DNA of 64,000 bases from Verrucomicrobiia bacterium. Lineage in GTDB: Bacteria; Verrucomicrobiota; Verrucomicrobiia; Limisphaerales; UBA1319. Positions 1 to 9,172 of the stretch are shown in pieces; positions within the stretch are counted from its first letter, which is position 1, and each line of letters opens with the position of its first letter. The stretch spans positions 4,736,001-4,800,000 of the forward strand of contig OY760937.1 in the NCBI GenBank assembly GCA_963664225.1, read 5' to 3'. The notes beneath the pieces were generated by a model. It saw only the letters and a list, made by a program, of their open reading frames with translations. It was not told the DNA's origin and did no database searches. Made by a program: the position numbers and the translations under genes.

Positions 1-1013
1 AGAATTCGTGACACCCGATAATAACGTTGGCCGGTGCCGAGGGTATCCGTCACCATATTTGTGGCGCCATCGCCAATCAAGTTGGTCAAAACCTGCCAGT
101 TCGCGTCGATTAAATTGTTTTTGGATTCAATCTGATAAGTCTGTCCCAGAAAAGTGGCGAAAGAGATCCTCAGGAGATCGTTGGTCTTGGTCGTCGAGAG
201 GGCGAGCGGCGTTTCCGTGGCCGCGTAAACCCGCACGTAATCCACCAACATGCGCTGTGGAAAAGGCGTGGTGGCATCCGGATTGCCAGGCCAGTTGCCG
301 CCCACGGCAACGTTGAGCAGCAAATATTGCGGCTGGGTGAACACCCACGGTGCGCCTGCGGGAAGGTTTGCCGGGGTGACTGTGAAATAAGGGTGGTTGT
401 CCACGAACCACTTTATCTGGTTGGTTGTCCATTCGATTGCATATACATGGAAGTCGTCCGCAAAAAATGCGCCGCCTGGGAGCGCGCCTGGCCCTCCAAT
501 GCCGTTTCCACCGGAATAGCCCGGCCCATGAATGGTGCCATGAATCGTTCCAGGCTCACGGCCGATGTTCTCCATAATGTCGATTTCTCCGCAGCCGGGC
601 CAGCCGACGGAAGAGATGTTGGTCCCTAGCGTCCAGAATGCCGGCCAGATTCCCTGACCGCGCGGAATTTTGATGCGCGCCTCGCTACGGCCATAGGCCC
701 AAGACCACCTGGCTTTCGTAAGCAGACGCGCGGAAGTGTAGTCTTTGCCGCCATAGCTTTCCCGGCGGGCTTCGATTACCAGTTGACCATTTTCAATCCG
801 GGCGTTGTTCGTTCGCGATGTGTAGTACTCGAGCTCATTGTTGCCCCATCCGGTGCCACCCACCTCGAAGCCCCATTTGGCAGAGTTAGGTGAACTGCCG
901 TTGGTCTGATTAAACTCATCGGACCATACGAGGGTCCAGTTCTGCGCCTGAACGCGGAGGGCGAAGCAGGCGCCACACACCAACAGACAAGAAAATCGAA
1001 TCCAATGTCTCAT
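1..1013 (-). CDS. Secreted GH16 beta-glucanase (laminarinase-like) with short C-terminal domain; 3' end runs off the window
   Basis: Not in the ORF track; translated by hand from ATG at 1013. Signal peptide MRHWIRFSCLLVCGACFALRVQA, then LVWSDEF, GWGNNELEYY, YTSARL, GIWPAFW, catalytic GEIDIME, LLLNVAVGGNWPG and VDYVRVY. The frame is open to the window edge. Confidence 0.93.
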   Translation of the reverse strand, partial: MRHWIRFSCLLVCGACFALRVQAQNWTLVWSDEFNQTNGSSPNSAKWGFEVGGTGWGNNELEYYTSRTNNARIENGQLVIEARRESYGGKDYTSARLLTKARWSWAYGRSEARIKIPRGQGIWPAFWTLGTNISSVGWPGCGEIDIMENIGREPGTIHGTIHGPGYSGGNGIGGPGALPGGAFFADDFHVYAIEWTTNQIKWFVDNHPYFTVTPANLPAGAPWVFTQPQYLLLNVAVGGNWPGNPDATTPFPQRMLVDYVRVYAATETPLALSTTKTNDLLRISFATFLGQTYQIESKNNLIDANWQVLTNLIGDGATNMVTDTLGTGQRYYRVSRI

Positions 1014-1116
1014 CAAAGCTACAGCAAAATAGACGTCCCAGGGTGAATTGGGAAACAAAAAGGCCGACCATGTGCCAGCCTGGAAAACGTTTCTGACTAG
1101 AATTGATCAACGCCTT

Positions 1117-2340
1117 CTAGCGCGCCGGTTCTGAGGCTTTTTCCCGCACATCGATCCAGCTCAATCGTCCATAAGACTCGATGGTCTGCACGAGCGCTTC
1201 GATCCAGCTAGAGTCTCCGCGACAACTGGGGGCGCTTGCCATGTATCCGGACAAGGTGGAAGGATTGGCGCCAACCACCCAATATTCGATGGGGAAAATC
1301 ATTCCCATCATTTCGGGTTGGACCAAACCGACACCTTCATCGCCGGTGTAATCGCGCTGAAAATAGGGCGCATCGACCATCCACCAGAGCGGGAACTGCG
1401 ATTTGCCATACGTGTGGCGTTTAAGTGTTTCATCGCGGACGTTTTCCGCGAGGTAGCGACCGATCTCGGGAGAAATGCCCATGAACATCATGCCACGGTA
1501 GATCGAGCCATTTTGCTTGTGCCAATAGAGGCCGCCGTTGTTGTTCTTGAGATACATGCGAACGGTGTTCTTTTCCAACTGGCTCATGCGCGATTCGTCG
1601 CAGTTGATGCCGGGATCGCCCTTGAAGCCCAGGCCCATCAGAAGATTGTTGCTCAGGTTGAGCCATGAAGCCCGTTGCATCTCCGAATCATTGAAAGCCC
1701 CGGCCAGGCGGACCATCGCGATGTGGGCGCTCATGGTGGAATAGATGTCGCCCTGGGAAAGTTTGTTGGTGTAGCAGGACTTGATCTTGTTCCAATACGG
1801 CTGGAGGCTTTCAAAGTCGTTGGCGCGATAAGCCCACAACCAGGCTCCGTAAAGGGTCTGAATGGTGGGCCGGGTGGATTGCCAGTTGGTGGTCCAATTG
1901 CCGACGCGATTGATGGGATGAAACTCACGGCGCGTTCCGGCCACATCCGCATTCAGGCGACCGGGATTCCATGGGGCGAAAACGTCAGACTGGAATTGCT
2001 CATGCACGTAACGCTTAACGGCCGCCTGCCGGTCGGAAGGCAAATGCGGAAACGTCCAGGCCAGCGTTGTGACGATGCGTCCGGGTTCGAGATAGACGAA
2101 ATAGGCGTCGGTGAGTTCATCGGCATGATTGACGCGCCAGGGCGTCAAGTTGCCGGCAGCGAGGATGTCGTCGATCTGCTCGATCAACTGCGGCTTAAGC
2201 GCAGACACCTGGCGTTCGGGAATGTCGGTGGTCGTGGGGAATTCCCATGCGTAACGGTCCACGTTCACGGCGCGGGTCGTGACCGTGAAAGTAAGGAGTG
2301 CGAGGGCTGCGGAGATACTGATGAATGGGAATCGTTTCAT
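1117..2340 (-). CDS. Secreted hypothetical protein, Trp/Tyr-rich and probably helical
   Basis: ~407 aa ORF with a Sec signal (MKRFPFISISAALALLTFTVTTRA), a few nt downstream of the PQQ-repeat gene. No family motif recognised. Confidence 0.75.
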   Translation of the reverse strand: MKRFPFISISAALALLTFTVTTRAVNVDRYAWEFPTTTDIPERQVSALKPQLIEQIDDILAAGNLTPWRVNHADELTDAYFVYLEPGRIVTTLAWTFPHLPSDRQAAVKRYVHEQFQSDVFAPWNPGRLNADVAGTRREFHPINRVGNWTTNWQSTRPTIQTLYGAWLWAYRANDFESLQPYWNKIKSCYTNKLSQGDIYSTMSAHIAMVRLAGAFNDSEMQRASWLNLSNNLLMGLGFKGDPGINCDESRMSQLEKNTVRMYLKNNNGGLYWHKQNGSIYRGMMFMGISPEIGRYLAENVRDETLKRHTYGKSQFPLWWMVDAPYFQRDYTGDEGVGLVQPEMMGMIFPIEYWVVGANPSTLSGYMASAPSCRGDSSWIEALVQTIESYGRLSWIDVREKASEPAR

Positions 2341-2348
2341 GGCGTGGC

Positions 2349-3914
2349 TCACTGGTCGGCATGTTCAATGGCGGTGACGCAGTAGCTTTCTGAGAGAAAC
2401 AGGCGCTGGTTGGCGACTGTGACGCCCACCCGACCTTGTGTTGCAGGACTCGGGGTGCGCGGCAGGGGAATATCACTGGTATCGGCATACATGACCGGTG
2501 CGTTCCAAGTGCCGCCATCGCGCGTGCGGACCTCGACTTGAATCTGCAGATGACGGCGTTCCTCCAAATCCATGGCGTAGGTGCCACGAAAACGCTGCCG
2601 CCAGTAACAGTATTTTCCCCCGGTCGACAAGGCATAGAGATTGTCGGTTTCCATGGGCCAGACATTGACTGGAGGACCGGCGTTGAACGACTTGCGGTGG
2701 CCGGTGATTGGATCCACCGCCGCCAGGTCAATGAAATAGCGTGTGCCAAAGGTGCCTTCGCGCAGTGTCAGACTGCAAAACCGGGTGGGCCACCAGCAAA
2801 CCACGTTTCCGTGCTGGTCAACGACCGGCGGGTTGGGAGGTTGGCCGCAACCCTCGGAGGGGCCGCAAGGAATCTGAAATGGTTCATCGAGGTCCGAGAG
2901 GTTCAACGCGAAGTAACTTTTCCAGTCATTCTTCGAAGACCATGCGCCATACGTGGCGGCGCCATTGAGCCAGTCCTGATACCTGGACTCCTCGTCGGCC
3001 AGACTTGTGGCTTTGGAAAGCAAATCATCATTAACGCCTTCGCTGCCGACACACCACACGGGGGCGGTTCGCACCCAGAGTCTATTATCGTGAATCATGG
3101 GCCATTCCAGGCGAAAGCTCTGGCCGTAAACTTGATGCGAAGCCATGATTTTCCCATTCGCAGCGTTCAGCATGTAAACCTTCATGTCCTCCGCGCCCAC
3201 ATAGACCGCGTCAGGAGTGGCGGCCAGACTGCCTTGAACAATGCCGCCCAGCGGTTCCGACTTCCAAAGGACCTCTCCCGTTTCCAAGCGAATGGCTGAA
3301 ACGACGCGGCTGTGGTTGGCGACATAGACGCGGTCACCGACCACGCATGGCGCGCCGGTGATTGCCTTTCCGGTATGAACCGTCCAGACGGGCGCGCCGT
3401 TGGTGATGTTGTACCCATGCACGCCACCCTGGATCGAGCCGAATACCACCACGGAACCCGCCGCCGCACCGGTGGCGATGGATCCGCCGGGCAAGTCCGC
3501 TGACCAGGCGGTCGTGCCATCGTCCTCGCGGATGGCATAAGCTTTTCCCTCCTGAGAAGCGACGAACACCCATCCCCGGTGGACGATCGGCTGCATCATG
3601 CCCGAGAGCGTGAACGGAACCGAAGCGGGCAGGGGATAGGATTTGCCAACGCCTGTGGTCAGATCGTTGGTCCAACTGGAATCGCTGGGTTTGGACGCCC
3701 GGTTTCTCAGAGTGCCAGCTTCGGCGAACCACAACCAGCGCGCGCGGTAAGGCGGGGCGACCTCATCCACACTACGCCCGGTGCGCCCGGCATCGCGCTG
3801 CAACTGCGGCCAGTCAGCAGCGCTGGTGGTTGGAAGCGTCCCTGCCAGATTTAGAGCCACAATCGCGAAAACCACGAAGGGAACCAGGGCGCTTCTTGAA
3901 GGGATGGTTTTCAT
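2349..3914 (-). CDS. Secreted PQQ-like (BamB-type) beta-propeller repeat protein
   Basis: Signal peptide, ADWPQLQRDAGRTG, and repeated 'YA...DG...W' blades (AYAIREDDGTTAW, HGYNITNGAPVW, SAIRLETGEVLW). Confidence 0.85.
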   Translation of the reverse strand: MKTIPSRSALVPFVVFAIVALNLAGTLPTTSAADWPQLQRDAGRTGRSVDEVAPPYRARWLWFAEAGTLRNRASKPSDSSWTNDLTTGVGKSYPLPASVPFTLSGMMQPIVHRGWVFVASQEGKAYAIREDDGTTAWSADLPGGSIATGAAAGSVVVFGSIQGGVHGYNITNGAPVWTVHTGKAITGAPCVVGDRVYVANHSRVVSAIRLETGEVLWKSEPLGGIVQGSLAATPDAVYVGAEDMKVYMLNAANGKIMASHQVYGQSFRLEWPMIHDNRLWVRTAPVWCVGSEGVNDDLLSKATSLADEESRYQDWLNGAATYGAWSSKNDWKSYFALNLSDLDEPFQIPCGPSEGCGQPPNPPVVDQHGNVVCWWPTRFCSLTLREGTFGTRYFIDLAAVDPITGHRKSFNAGPPVNVWPMETDNLYALSTGGKYCYWRQRFRGTYAMDLEERRHLQIQVEVRTRDGGTWNAPVMYADTSDIPLPRTPSPATQGRVGVTVANQRLFLSESYCVTAIEHADQ

Positions 3915-3932
3915 TGGAGGATCGAAAGCTTT

Positions 3933-5408
3933 TTAGCGCGCCCGCTTGAAGTCGATAAATCCGCGTTCCACATCCGTGCTGACCAACTGGACGCGGAGTC
4001 TCTGGCCGACGTCCGCGCCTTCAAAGCCGCTTTCCAACCGCCCTTCAATGGGAGGCTGCATGATGCGAACCCACGTTCCCTTGTCGGATGCGCCGGTGAC
4101 GACGGCATCGAATTGCTCCCCGAGCCTCGATTCCAACAGCAGCGCGGCAGCGGATTTTCTGACCTGGCGCTCGACCTTGTTCGCGTTGTCCTCCTCCTCG
4201 GTGCAATGTTTGGCGAGCAAGACCAGTTCACCGTTATCATAGGGAACGGGGCTGTTGGCCAATGCGGCTTTCAGCAAGCGTTGCGTGATCACGTCAGGGA
4301 AACGGCGGTTCGGCGCTGTGGAGTGCGCGTAGTCCTTGACCGCGAGACCAAAGTGGCCGTCGCTGCTGGCTCCCGGGAATTGGACGATGTATTCACCCGA
4401 ACCGAGCAACTTGATAACGCTCAGGGAAAGATCGGGAAAACGGAGGGGATCAGCGGTTTTGGCCGTGGCCAGAAACAGCTCGAGGGCCTTCGAATCGGGC
4501 TCGGCGGGCAAATTCGAGCCGCGTTCGGCGGCAAGCTCGACGATGCGGTCCCAGCGCTTGGGTGTGCGGACCACGCGACGGACGGACGGAAATTGTTTCG
4601 CAGCAAGAAACCGCGCGGCCACGCCATTGGCGGCGATCATGAAATCTGCAATCAGGTCCTTGGCACGGTTTTGTTGATCAATTTCGAGATCCTTGAGCTC
4701 ATCGCCCGCAAACACCGGTCGCGCCTGGATGGTCTCGAGATCAAGCGCGCCGTGCGCGTGCCGGAGTGTTTTCAATTTTTGAGCCACGCGGTCCTGGAGC
4801 CGGATGTTCTCTTCCAGACCGGCAACGGCGCCGATTTCCTTTGGCATCGGGCCGATACCATCGAGCCATGCGGCAACGCTGTTGTAGGCAAGCTTGGCGC
4901 GATTGTGCACCGTGGCTCGATAGAGGTTCGAGCTTAGAAGCGAACCGTCCGCGGCAAACACCATTTCGGCGACGACGGCCAGGCGGTCTGAGTCGAAATT
5001 GAGCGAGGTCAGATCGGTGGACAGTTTCTCGGGCAGCATCGGAAACGTCTCGGCCACGGTGTAAACAGAGGTGGTGTTTTGACGAGCATGATCGTCAAGG
5101 GCTGAGCTCTTTTTGACGACGGCGTCCACATCGGCAACGGCAACGAGGATTTTAACAGAACCGTCGGGCATGGATTCCGCAACGGTAAGCTGGTCCAGAT
5201 CGCGCGAATCATCGTTGTCGATGGAGCACCAAAGCAGGTTCCTCAGGTCGTGTGTGGAAGGATCATTGCGCGTGGCGGGCCCGTGAATGGCGTCCAGTTC
5301 GGCAAGCGCCTGGGGCGGAAAGTCAGGAACCAGTCCTTTTTCCAGCATCATTCGATGGGCAATATTCTGCAGGATGGCTCGGTGCTGTTTGTCGTCAGTA
5401 TTAGTCAT
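3933..5408 (-). CDS. RNB-domain exoribonuclease (RNase II/R family), short form with C-terminal S1 domain
   Basis: SIDNDDSRDLDQ, TTSVYT..FPMLP, FMIAAN, HFGLA..YAHSTAPNRRFPD, and an S1-like C-terminus. Confidence 0.92.
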   Translation of the reverse strand: MTNTDDKQHRAILQNIAHRMMLEKGLVPDFPPQALAELDAIHGPATRNDPSTHDLRNLLWCSIDNDDSRDLDQLTVAESMPDGSVKILVAVADVDAVVKKSSALDDHARQNTTSVYTVAETFPMLPEKLSTDLTSLNFDSDRLAVVAEMVFAADGSLLSSNLYRATVHNRAKLAYNSVAAWLDGIGPMPKEIGAVAGLEENIRLQDRVAQKLKTLRHAHGALDLETIQARPVFAGDELKDLEIDQQNRAKDLIADFMIAANGVAARFLAAKQFPSVRRVVRTPKRWDRIVELAAERGSNLPAEPDSKALELFLATAKTADPLRFPDLSLSVIKLLGSGEYIVQFPGASSDGHFGLAVKDYAHSTAPNRRFPDVITQRLLKAALANSPVPYDNGELVLLAKHCTEEEDNANKVERQVRKSAAALLLESRLGEQFDAVVTGASDKGTWVRIMQPPIEGRLESGFEGADVGQRLRVQLVSTDVERGFIDFKRAR

Positions 5409-5499
5409 AATATCACAATTCTGATTTCCCTAATCGAAAAGCTTCCCTCCGCAATAATTCGGACCTGCTCCAGGAATGGATGCGGAAAATGAGGAATCG

Positions 5500-5522
5500 G
5501 GGGAGATCATGGCGATCTCCCC
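5500..5522. other. 9-bp GC-rich inverted repeat downstream of the ADH gene (possible terminator or stabilising hairpin)
   Basis: GGGGAGATC-atggc-GATCTCCCC. No clear U-tract on the minus strand. Confidence 0.4.
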
Positions 5523-5556
5523 AAACTGGGACAAGAGTAAAGATGTGGCACCGCGC

Positions 5557-6576
5557 TCACCCAATGTCGTTCTGCAAGACGATGCGATAACGGGCCTTGC
5601 CGGCGCGCAGATGGTCGAGCGCGTCATTGACCTTGGACATCGGGAACACCTCAACCACGGGTGCGATGGAGTGCCGGGAGGAAAATTCGATCATGCGGGC
5701 GGTGTTGAACGGGCTGCCGAGAGGGGAGCCGGAAATCGCCTTCTGGCCGCCAATCAACGCGAACGCCGCGACGGGAATCGGTTCCAGAACCGCGCCGACC
5801 ATGTGCAACCGGCCCTTGGGAGCGAGGCTGCCGAGAATCGCATCCCATGGGAGCGAAACATTGGCAGTGCAAATGATAAAGTCGAGCGAGCCCTCAATCT
5901 TCTTCAGTTGGGCCGCGTTGCGCGAGTTGACGACATGATGCGCGCCAAATTTCATTGCCTCGTCGCGCTTGGAATCGCTCGAAGTGAAGGCGGTGACCTC
6001 ACAGCCCCATTTGTTCAGGAATTGCAGCGCCATGTGTCCCAGGCCACCAATGCCAATGACTCCGACGCGGTCCATGGGCAGCACATTGTACTGGATGATG
6101 GGATTGAACACGGTGATGCCGCCGCAAAAGAGGGGGCCGGATTTCTTCGAGTCGAGCGCGTCCGGCAGCGGCACGGCCCATGCCCAATGACAGCGCACGC
6201 GATTGGCAAAGCCGCCGTGCCGTTTCACGATGGTTCCCTCCACCGTCGGGCAGAGATTATGGTTTCCGGAAAGACATTGCGGGCAGGCCATGCAACTTTC
6301 CGCATACCAGCCCAACCCGACGCGCTGGCCCACCTTTACGCCTTTGACCTTGTCGCCGGCTGCCACGACGCGTCCAGCCACCTCGTGGCCGGGCACAAAG
6401 GGATAAGCGGTCTGGCCCCAGTCGTTATCCAGCATGCTCAGGTCGCTGTGACAGATGCCGCAATACTCGACCTGGATTTCCACCTGTTCGTCCCTCAACG
6501 GCCCGGGATTGAACTCGAACGGTTGTAATTTTGCGCCTTTGGATGTTGCCGCGCAGGCTTTGAAAGTTGTGCTCAT
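5557..6576 (-). CDS. Zn-dependent NAD(P)H aldehyde reductase / alcohol dehydrogenase (CAD/Ahr-like MDR)
   Basis: CGICHSD, PGHE, structural-Zn CMACPQCLSGNHNLC, PLFCGGITV, GIGGLG. Start placed at MSTTFKAC. Confidence 0.93.
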   Translation of the reverse strand: MSTTFKACAATSKGAKLQPFEFNPGPLRDEQVEIQVEYCGICHSDLSMLDNDWGQTAYPFVPGHEVAGRVVAAGDKVKGVKVGQRVGLGWYAESCMACPQCLSGNHNLCPTVEGTIVKRHGGFANRVRCHWAWAVPLPDALDSKKSGPLFCGGITVFNPIIQYNVLPMDRVGVIGIGGLGHMALQFLNKWGCEVTAFTSSDSKRDEAMKFGAHHVVNSRNAAQLKKIEGSLDFIICTANVSLPWDAILGSLAPKGRLHMVGAVLEPIPVAAFALIGGQKAISGSPLGSPFNTARMIEFSSRHSIAPVVEVFPMSKVNDALDHLRAGKARYRIVLQNDIG

Positions 6577-6785
6577 TGTAAAAAACATGTAACGCAGGTT
6601 TGTTGTTTCGGCAACTGATGGGAAACACAAATTTCCGAAACTGAAATACGATGGAGATGGGAAAAGCCGACCATGCCTTGCCTGCCAAATCCTAGCGGCG
6701 GACATCCAAGCTGTCATTAAAGATATCTGCATTGGAGATGAAATTCGTTCTTAACATCTTTTAAGCAATGTTGTTTGATGCCTGC

Positions 6786-8192
6786 ATGTCCACCGTAACA
6801 CAGAATCAGGATTCGCATCCGGGAACCGTCCCGGCGCATTCCAATCCCATGAATGGCCGCATCTTCCTCTGGTCGATTACATCCGCGCTCGCGGGATTTC
6901 TATTCGGCTTCGACACCGTTGTGATCTCAGGCGCTGAAAAGACCATTCAGGAGCTTTGGCACCTCGGCGCCGGGATGCACGGGATCGCAATGGCCTCGGC
7001 ACTCTACGGAACCGTTCTGGGCTCGTTGCTCGGCGGATGGCCGACCGACAAGTTTGGCCGACGCGCCACGCTGCTCTGGATCGGACTCCTTTACCTGATC
7101 TCCGCGATCGGGACGGGTCTGGCCCCGGACGTGAATATTTTCATCATTGCGCGGTTCATCGGCGGTCTGGGCATCGGGATTTCCACAGTGGCGGCGCCTC
7201 TTTATATCTCGGAAATCGCCCCGCCGGAACATCGTGGCCGGCTGGCCGGAATGTTTCAGTTTAACATCGTGTTCGGCATCGTGATCGCGTTCCTTTCCAA
7301 TGCGCTGCTGGCTGGGGTTGGCGAGCACGCCTGGCGCTGGATGCTGGGTGTGGCGGCGTTTCCGTCCCTGCTTTACACCGTCATGTGCTTCGGCATTCCG
7401 GAAAGCCCACGCTGGCTGATCGGTCGCAAGGGTGACCGCGAGGCGGGCCTCAAAGTGCTGCGCGTCATCCGGCCCGAGGCGTCTCCGGCGGACCTGAACA
7501 CCATGGCGGATGAAATCGCCGCGCAATCCACACCGCAAAAAGTATCCGGGCGTTTTTGGACGCGCGGACTTCGCATCCCGATCATGCTGGCCTTCCTGAT
7601 CGCGTTCTTCAACCAGCTCTCCGGCATCAACGCGATCCTATACTTTGCGCCGCGCATTTTTGAGCTGACCGGTTTGGGCACGAAAGCCGCATTGCTGCAA
7701 TCCGTGGGTATTGGCATAACCAATCTGCTTTTTACATTTGTCGGCCTGTGGCTGATCGACCGGCTGGGTCGGCGCACGCTGCTCTATATTGGATCGTTCG
7801 GTTACATTGCCTCGCTCGGACTCACGTCCTGGGCGTTCTTCACCCAACACTACTCCATCGTTCCTGTGTGCATCTTCTCGTTCATCGCCGCGCACGCGGT
7901 CGGACAGGGCGCGGTCATCTGGGTGTTCATTTCGGAGATCTTTCCCAACCGGCATCGTGCTGAAGGTCAGGCCCTGGGCAGCTTCACACACTGGATATTT
8001 GCGGCGCTGCTCACCACGTTCTTTCCGAAGATGGTCACCGTGTTTCCTCCCGGCTACGTGTTCCTGTTTTTCTGCGGCATGATGGTGCTTCAGCTCATCT
8101 GGGTGAAGTTGATGGTTCCTGAGACCAAGGGCGTGCCGCTGGAGCAAATCCAGCAGCGGCTCACGGCTGGACTCCTGTCGGGCTCGAAGTAG
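6786..8192 (+). CDS. Sugar porter family MFS transporter
   Basis: GFLFGFDT, DKFGRR, YISEIAP..RGRL, PESPRWL, QLSGINAILY, DRLGRR, PETKG. Confidence 0.95.
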   Translation: MSTVTQNQDSHPGTVPAHSNPMNGRIFLWSITSALAGFLFGFDTVVISGAEKTIQELWHLGAGMHGIAMASALYGTVLGSLLGGWPTDKFGRRATLLWIGLLYLISAIGTGLAPDVNIFIIARFIGGLGIGISTVAAPLYISEIAPPEHRGRLAGMFQFNIVFGIVIAFLSNALLAGVGEHAWRWMLGVAAFPSLLYTVMCFGIPESPRWLIGRKGDREAGLKVLRVIRPEASPADLNTMADEIAAQSTPQKVSGRFWTRGLRIPIMLAFLIAFFNQLSGINAILYFAPRIFELTGLGTKAALLQSVGIGITNLLFTFVGLWLIDRLGRRTLLYIGSFGYIASLGLTSWAFFTQHYSIVPVCIFSFIAAHAVGQGAVIWVFISEIFPNRHRAEGQALGSFTHWIFAALLTTFFPKMVTVFPPGYVFLFFCGMMVLQLIWVKLMVPETKGVPLEQIQQRLTAGLLSGSK

Positions 8193-8239
8193 GCGCACGC
8201 CACCGCATGCATGTCACTGGCGACTGAAAGGAGAGCGTT

Positions 8240-9124
8240 GTGAGTTTTAAAGTGGTTGGCATCGGCGAGGCATTGTGGGACTTGCTGCCCACCGGACGGC
8301 AGATGGGCGGCGCGCCGACAAACTTCGCCTATCACGCCTGCGCGCTCGGTGCGGAGGCGCAGTTGATCACGCGCGTTGGCAGTGACGAGCTCGGGCGCGA
8401 GCTTGTCGGTCGGTTGAAAAAACTGGGCGTGCCCACCGATTGCGTGGAAGTGGATGCGGTGAAACCCACGGGCACAGTGACGGTCACTGTGGAACACGAC
8501 GGCCAGCCGCGCTTCATCATTCATGAGGGTGTTGCATGGGACAACCTCGCCGGCGGATCGGCGGGGCGCGAGGCGGCGTCCAAGGCGGATGCGATTTGCT
8601 TTGGCACGCTCGGGCAACGTCTGGAACCCGCGCGTTCGACGATCCAGTCGCTTGTCAGCACCACACCCCCTGACGCGCTGCGCATATTCGATATCAACCT
8701 TCGGCAGCATTTTTACTCCCAGTCGATTATCGAGGAATCGCTCAGGCTGGCGAATGTGCTGAAGGTGAATGATACAGAACTGCCGTGCCTGGCGGAGATG
8801 TTCAATCTGATCGGGGATGAACACGCACAAATCTCACAACTCGCCCAGCGGAATAAATTGTGCGCTGTGGCTTATACGCGGGGGGAACGTGGGAGCCTGT
8901 TATTTGTGGATGGCCGCTGGTCGGACCATCCGGGTGTGCGCACGAAAGTCGTGGACACCGTAGGCGCTGGCGATGCCTTCACTGCGGCGATGACCCTCGG
9001 TCTGCTGGCCGGATTGGATGCGGATGCGATCAACCTGCGCGCCAATGAAGTGGCGGCGTACGTCGCGTCCTGCGCAGGAGCGACACCGGATTTTCCCGAA
9101 GAGATGCACGCAGTAAAGTTCTGA
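8240..9124 (+). CDS. PfkB family carbohydrate kinase (fructokinase-like)
   Basis: GEALWD, GGAPTNFA, FDINLR, KVND.E, DTVGAGDAF. GTG start preceded by GAAAGGAG. Confidence 0.93.
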   Translation: MSFKVVGIGEALWDLLPTGRQMGGAPTNFAYHACALGAEAQLITRVGSDELGRELVGRLKKLGVPTDCVEVDAVKPTGTVTVTVEHDGQPRFIIHEGVAWDNLAGGSAGREAASKADAICFGTLGQRLEPARSTIQSLVSTTPPDALRIFDINLRQHFYSQSIIEESLRLANVLKVNDTELPCLAEMFNLIGDEHAQISQLAQRNKLCAVAYTRGERGSLLFVDGRWSDHPGVRTKVVDTVGAGDAFTAAMTLGLLAGLDADAINLRANEVAAYVASCAGATPDFPEEMHAVKF

Positions 9125-9172
9125 AAACATTTTCCTGATGGAGAGTTAACGAATCAACATGAATCACCGGAT

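Noticed and set aside
1063..1077. Sigma-54-like TGGCAC-N5-CGGC upstream of GH16, and TGGCA motifs near 45101 and 63708
   Set aside because: The first lacks the TTGC -12 element and the others have the wrong GG-GC spacing.
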